Below are positions 60,744 to 64,000 of a DNA stretch of 64,000 nt, one piece after another. The notes beneath the pieces are model-generated. The model was not told where the DNA came from, did no database searches, and saw only the letters and a list, made by a program, of their open reading frames with translations. Made by a program: the position numbers and the translations under genes. Every line of letters begins with the position of its first letter. Positions within the stretch are counted from its first letter, which is position 1. Source of the stretch: a virus (lineage: Duplodnaviria; Caudoviricetes); IMG/VR virus record IMGVR_UViG_3300021400_001341, positions 44,027 to 108,026 of that record; one strand, written 5' to 3'.

Positions 60744-63164
60744 TTAGTCAGCAGAGAACACTTCGTCATCGTCGTCGAAGTCTTCGAACTCTTCATCGAA
60801 GTTGTCTTCGGCACGCTCGATGAAGCAGCCGTTCTTCTGCAGGGCTTTAACGGCCCGATCACCAAACACACGCCAGAAGCACTGCTTGGTCACGGTGTCC
60901 ATGCCATCAGTCATCTTCGAAGCGAACATGAGCGTGACAATGGAATCGTAAGCGGCGTCCAGAATGCTGTCATCGCTGACGCGGGTCAGATCGCGATCCG
61001 CATACAGGTTGCGGACGTAGTACACGATCTCCTGCAGAGCTTCATGCTTGCAGGCTTCTTCCCACTCGTCACGATGCATCTTGGCGTCGGCGGTGCTCAT
61101 CAGAGCGTTCCACTCGTCAGAGTGACGGAACGCGATCTGATTGAAGAGCCCGGTATCCTCATAGGTACCAAGCTCCATGTTGAATTTGCCCTTCTTGAAC
61201 AGACCAGGAACCAGCTTACGATCAGCCTTGATCTTCAGCATGTACGGGTCGAAGATCTCATCTTCGATACCGTCGATGGTCAGTTCTTCCGGGACGTTCT
61301 CCTTGACGGCCTTGGAATACATGTCTAGGAAGGAGCCGCTATACTGCACACGAGGAGTGCCCGTGTACTTGCGGATCTCATCCCAATAGGGATCATCTGC
61401 AGGATGCTCTGCATCAGCCTTCGCGTAACGGGCGAACTCAGGCAGCGGAACTGCAGACAGCGCCTTCACGGGTTCAGGCTTATCGATCTTCACAGCCGCG
61501 TGCTTCGCAGCATCGATCAGCACATTACCCGCATAGGTCAGCCAGTCGCAGGTATCACGGTTGTACTGGCTGTTCCACATCTTCGTCATGGTGTCAGCAT
61601 AGATACCGATCTCAGAACCATGAAGAAGATTGGTGATGAAGCTGCAGATCGCAGACTTCGTGATCGCAACCTTCTCTGCCTTACCGACATCCCAGTCAAT
61701 CGGGATATTCTTCAGCTGTTCGAAGGTGCGATTAACCAGATCGAGCAGATACTCGTCCTGGCTGTACCAGACATGGTCTCCATCATAATCCGCACGGATC
61801 TGAATGGTGGTCATGTCGAAGATATTGATGAACATCGTGGGACCTTCGCAGAAGGGCATATCCATGTTGTTCATCAGGACGACGTGAGCGTTATCCAGAT
61901 GAGGATTCCTTGTCACGTCTACAGGGCCTTCATGCGCTGCGTGGCAGCAGCATTCTCCGGCCTTCAGGAAGCCCTTGATCTCGAGACCGAAGAGGTGCTC
62001 AACGAAGGCAACCATATCCGGAGCCAGGAAAGCGTTGTATCCCAGTTCAGGAATACGACCACCAAGCATGTCCATACGCTTGGAGGCATACTTCTCCTGA
62101 ACGGACTTCCGGGTATGCCGTTCATTCAGGAGAGCCGGATACATCCGGACAGCGAGACGATGCTCACCACGCAGAAGCTTTGCGGCTTCCTGCGGATCGT
62201 GATACTTGAAGACGGTAGCCTTAGCGTGCTGCATGAAATGCAGAGCGTCGTCTTCAGTACCCATCAGGGTCTGACCCTGCTGATAGGGCATACCCTTGAG
62301 GCGGGGCTTGTGCTCACGAACGCACACGCAGATGGTGTGACCCATCTGCTCGAAAGCATCCTGATACTGAGTCCAACTCTGATAGAGCTTAGCTGCTTTG
62401 AAGCAGGACTCTGTGAGGATAACATCGACGTCCGCAAGGCGAACGGTGTTGCCCCAGAAATCTTTGAACTCCGGCTTGATGCCATGTTCGTAGGCGAACG
62501 CGGCAATATCCTTGAAGTTCACTGCCTGCACGAACGCCTTGAGCCACGGGCCACGAAGAGTGCAGGATTCTCCGTTAGTCAGCGTTCTGCGAATGATGCC
62601 AAATCCATCGAAAGCGTTGATCTCGCAGGAACGATCAACGTCATGGGTCACATCGCCGCTGACGAGGTCAACGACGGAGTTAACAGTGACTGAGCCATCC
62701 GGGATGATCGCCACACGGCGGATATCGATAGTTCTGCCGAACACCTCGACGAAAGGCTTGGAAGCAGAACTCAGCAATCCCAAGTACGCCATGTACTTGT
62801 TGATCGCAAGCTTGATGTCTGCAGTCTTGAGGCCGCAAAGGCACCATTTGCCCATGATGGGCAGGAGCTCCTCCCGGAGCCAGAGGGACGTGGCCTTCCT
62901 GATATCGGAAGAGCCGGCCTCGAACGGGAAATACCGATGACCGTTGTGGTCGAAGCCTTGAGCGCACCAATGGGTGAGCTTGCTCTTGGCTTCGGCTTCC
63001 TTGGCTTCAACGTCAGACTTCTTGCCTGACGGAACCTCGGCACAGATCTTGATGATGGCGTCTTCGACGCCGATGGTCTCCAGCTTGCGAGTGAACTCGG
63101 AAGAGAAGACGGCGATCTTCTCATAAGTGTTGCTGGCGACGTTGTACTTTACGATAGTATCCAT
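60744..63164 (-). CDS. Second YonO/RdRP-like RNA polymerase
   Basis: AGSSDIRK, AFDGFG, LRGPWLKA, RNPHL, RADYDGD, LIDAAKH. Confidence 0.82.
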   Translation of the reverse strand: MDTIVKYNVASNTYEKIAVFSSEFTRKLETIGVEDAIIKICAEVPSGKKSDVEAKEAEAKSKLTHWCAQGFDHNGHRYFPFEAGSSDIRKATSLWLREELLPIMGKWCLCGLKTADIKLAINKYMAYLGLLSSASKPFVEVFGRTIDIRRVAIIPDGSVTVNSVVDLVSGDVTHDVDRSCEINAFDGFGIIRRTLTNGESCTLRGPWLKAFVQAVNFKDIAAFAYEHGIKPEFKDFWGNTVRLADVDVILTESCFKAAKLYQSWTQYQDAFEQMGHTICVCVREHKPRLKGMPYQQGQTLMGTEDDALHFMQHAKATVFKYHDPQEAAKLLRGEHRLAVRMYPALLNERHTRKSVQEKYASKRMDMLGGRIPELGYNAFLAPDMVAFVEHLFGLEIKGFLKAGECCCHAAHEGPVDVTRNPHLDNAHVVLMNNMDMPFCEGPTMFINIFDMTTIQIRADYDGDHVWYSQDEYLLDLVNRTFEQLKNIPIDWDVGKAEKVAITKSAICSFITNLLHGSEIGIYADTMTKMWNSQYNRDTCDWLTYAGNVLIDAAKHAAVKIDKPEPVKALSAVPLPEFARYAKADAEHPADDPYWDEIRKYTGTPRVQYSGSFLDMYSKAVKENVPEELTIDGIEDEIFDPYMLKIKADRKLVPGLFKKGKFNMELGTYEDTGLFNQIAFRHSDEWNALMSTADAKMHRDEWEEACKHEALQEIVYYVRNLYADRDLTRVSDDSILDAAYDSIVTLMFASKMTDGMDTVTKQCFWRVFGDRAVKALQKNGCFIERAEDNFDEEFEDFDDDDEVFSAD

Positions 63165-63255
63165 AGTTTTGCCTCCTTCAAGTTTGTAGTTTTGGTAAAC
63201 AGAAAAAGCCTTTGGCGGCTAACCTTGTGCAAACTCTAAGCGATGCACAACTCGC

Positions 63256-63597
63256 TTAATACCTGATAACTCTGGTAGGCCTATTCTTCATAAGCTGTAT
63301 CATGTTACAGGTGCCTTTGGACTTCCCGTCCCAGAAAGCAACGAGAGCATCGGCGACACGCGCCATCTCCTCGTTACGCCGGAACCCAGCAGACTTTCCG
63401 TATTTCTCCCAGTTGGCAGGATACGAGAGAACTGTGTAGCCACGTTCTTCTGCGTACCTTCTTCCGAGAGCGTCTGCTCCACGAGCCTCTCCACATACGA
63501 TCTGAATATCCTTCTGCCTGGACAGAATGACATCAAGCTTTCTGGAGAGAAGCTCGTAGTTGCTGAAGTCGCGACCTCCAGCGACGATAATCTTCAT
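63256..63597 (-). CDS. DUF2493/SLOG (YspA-like) protein
   Basis: IIVAGGRDF, GEARGAD, AGFRRNEEM, AFWDGKSKGT. Confidence 0.85.
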   Translation of the reverse strand: MKIIVAGGRDFSNYELLSRKLDVILSRQKDIQIVCGEARGADALGRRYAEERGYTVLSYPANWEKYGKSAGFRRNEEMARVADALVAFWDGKSKGTCNMIQLMKNRPTRVIRY

Positions 63598-64000
63598 ACG
63601 GCTACCTCCCTCCTTCATCGAAGACGACATAGGCGTCTTCTCCGGAGCGAAGAAGCTCTTTAACGCGAAGTTCCGCAGCCACAGGGCTGCGGAACTGCGT
63701 ATCGATGTGATCGTCAACGTATACGTAGTACACGACAACAACCTCCTCAAATATATTTCTTAATCACGGGGATCGTGGAAAAGATCGTAGAGTCTTCCAT
63801 TGGGGTCCTTGATCTCGTATTCGAGCCAAAGAACCCCAAAGATGATGGCAACGATGAGATAGATCATTTCTTCTCCTCCTTTGCGAGATACTAAAGCAGC
63901 AGATCGCTGGTCAGCTTGTCATCGAGATGATTCTTGTAGATGACGTTGACATAGCCGGTTCCTCCACAGGTGTAGAGTTTCTGCCAACGCTTTTCCCATT

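Noticed and set aside
61404-62693. 429-aa plus-strand ORF and similar antisense ORFs (e.g. 50781..51602, 39897..40550, 57822..58469, 59771..59995)
   Set aside because: Shadows of well-supported minus-strand genes, with no recognisable motifs.
1-64000. Genome-wide TAG-to-Gln recoding
   Set aside because: Long structural genes are uninterrupted in code 11, no CUA suppressor tRNA is present in the window, and the TAG-containing frames have also lost their start codons.

Overview
A 64-kb segment of a large temperate Clostridia/Firmicutes-type tailed phage, apparently in non-integrated form because attP is intact. 1-14.5 kb (+): tail-fibre/adhesin module, BspA-like LRR protein, glycosyltransferase and lysis genes. 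14.6-64 kb (almost all -): small accessory ORFs, HU, a tyrosine integrase (+) with attP (3' half of tRNA-Pro(GGG)), tRNAs and tRNA-like RNAs, then replication genes (DnaE, primase-helicase, two SSBs, Sak/Rad52-like, RuvC-like, Cas4-like nuclease, RNase H) and two YonO/RdRP-like DxDGD RNA polymerases, with two distinct repeated upstream motifs. The standout is an operon Ubl-fusion / E2-like / JAB / E1(ThiF) / retron-type reverse transcriptase. The single RT is accompanied by four separate msr-msd-like ncRNA loci: one on each side of the RT and two in tandem between ssb and the primase-helicase. All four share an a1/a2 stem ending AU|G...AG|AU and a covarying U-(G/U)U(A/C)-A triloop hairpin, but carry unrelated msd hairpins. 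All calls come from reading the sequence; no searches or folding programs were run.
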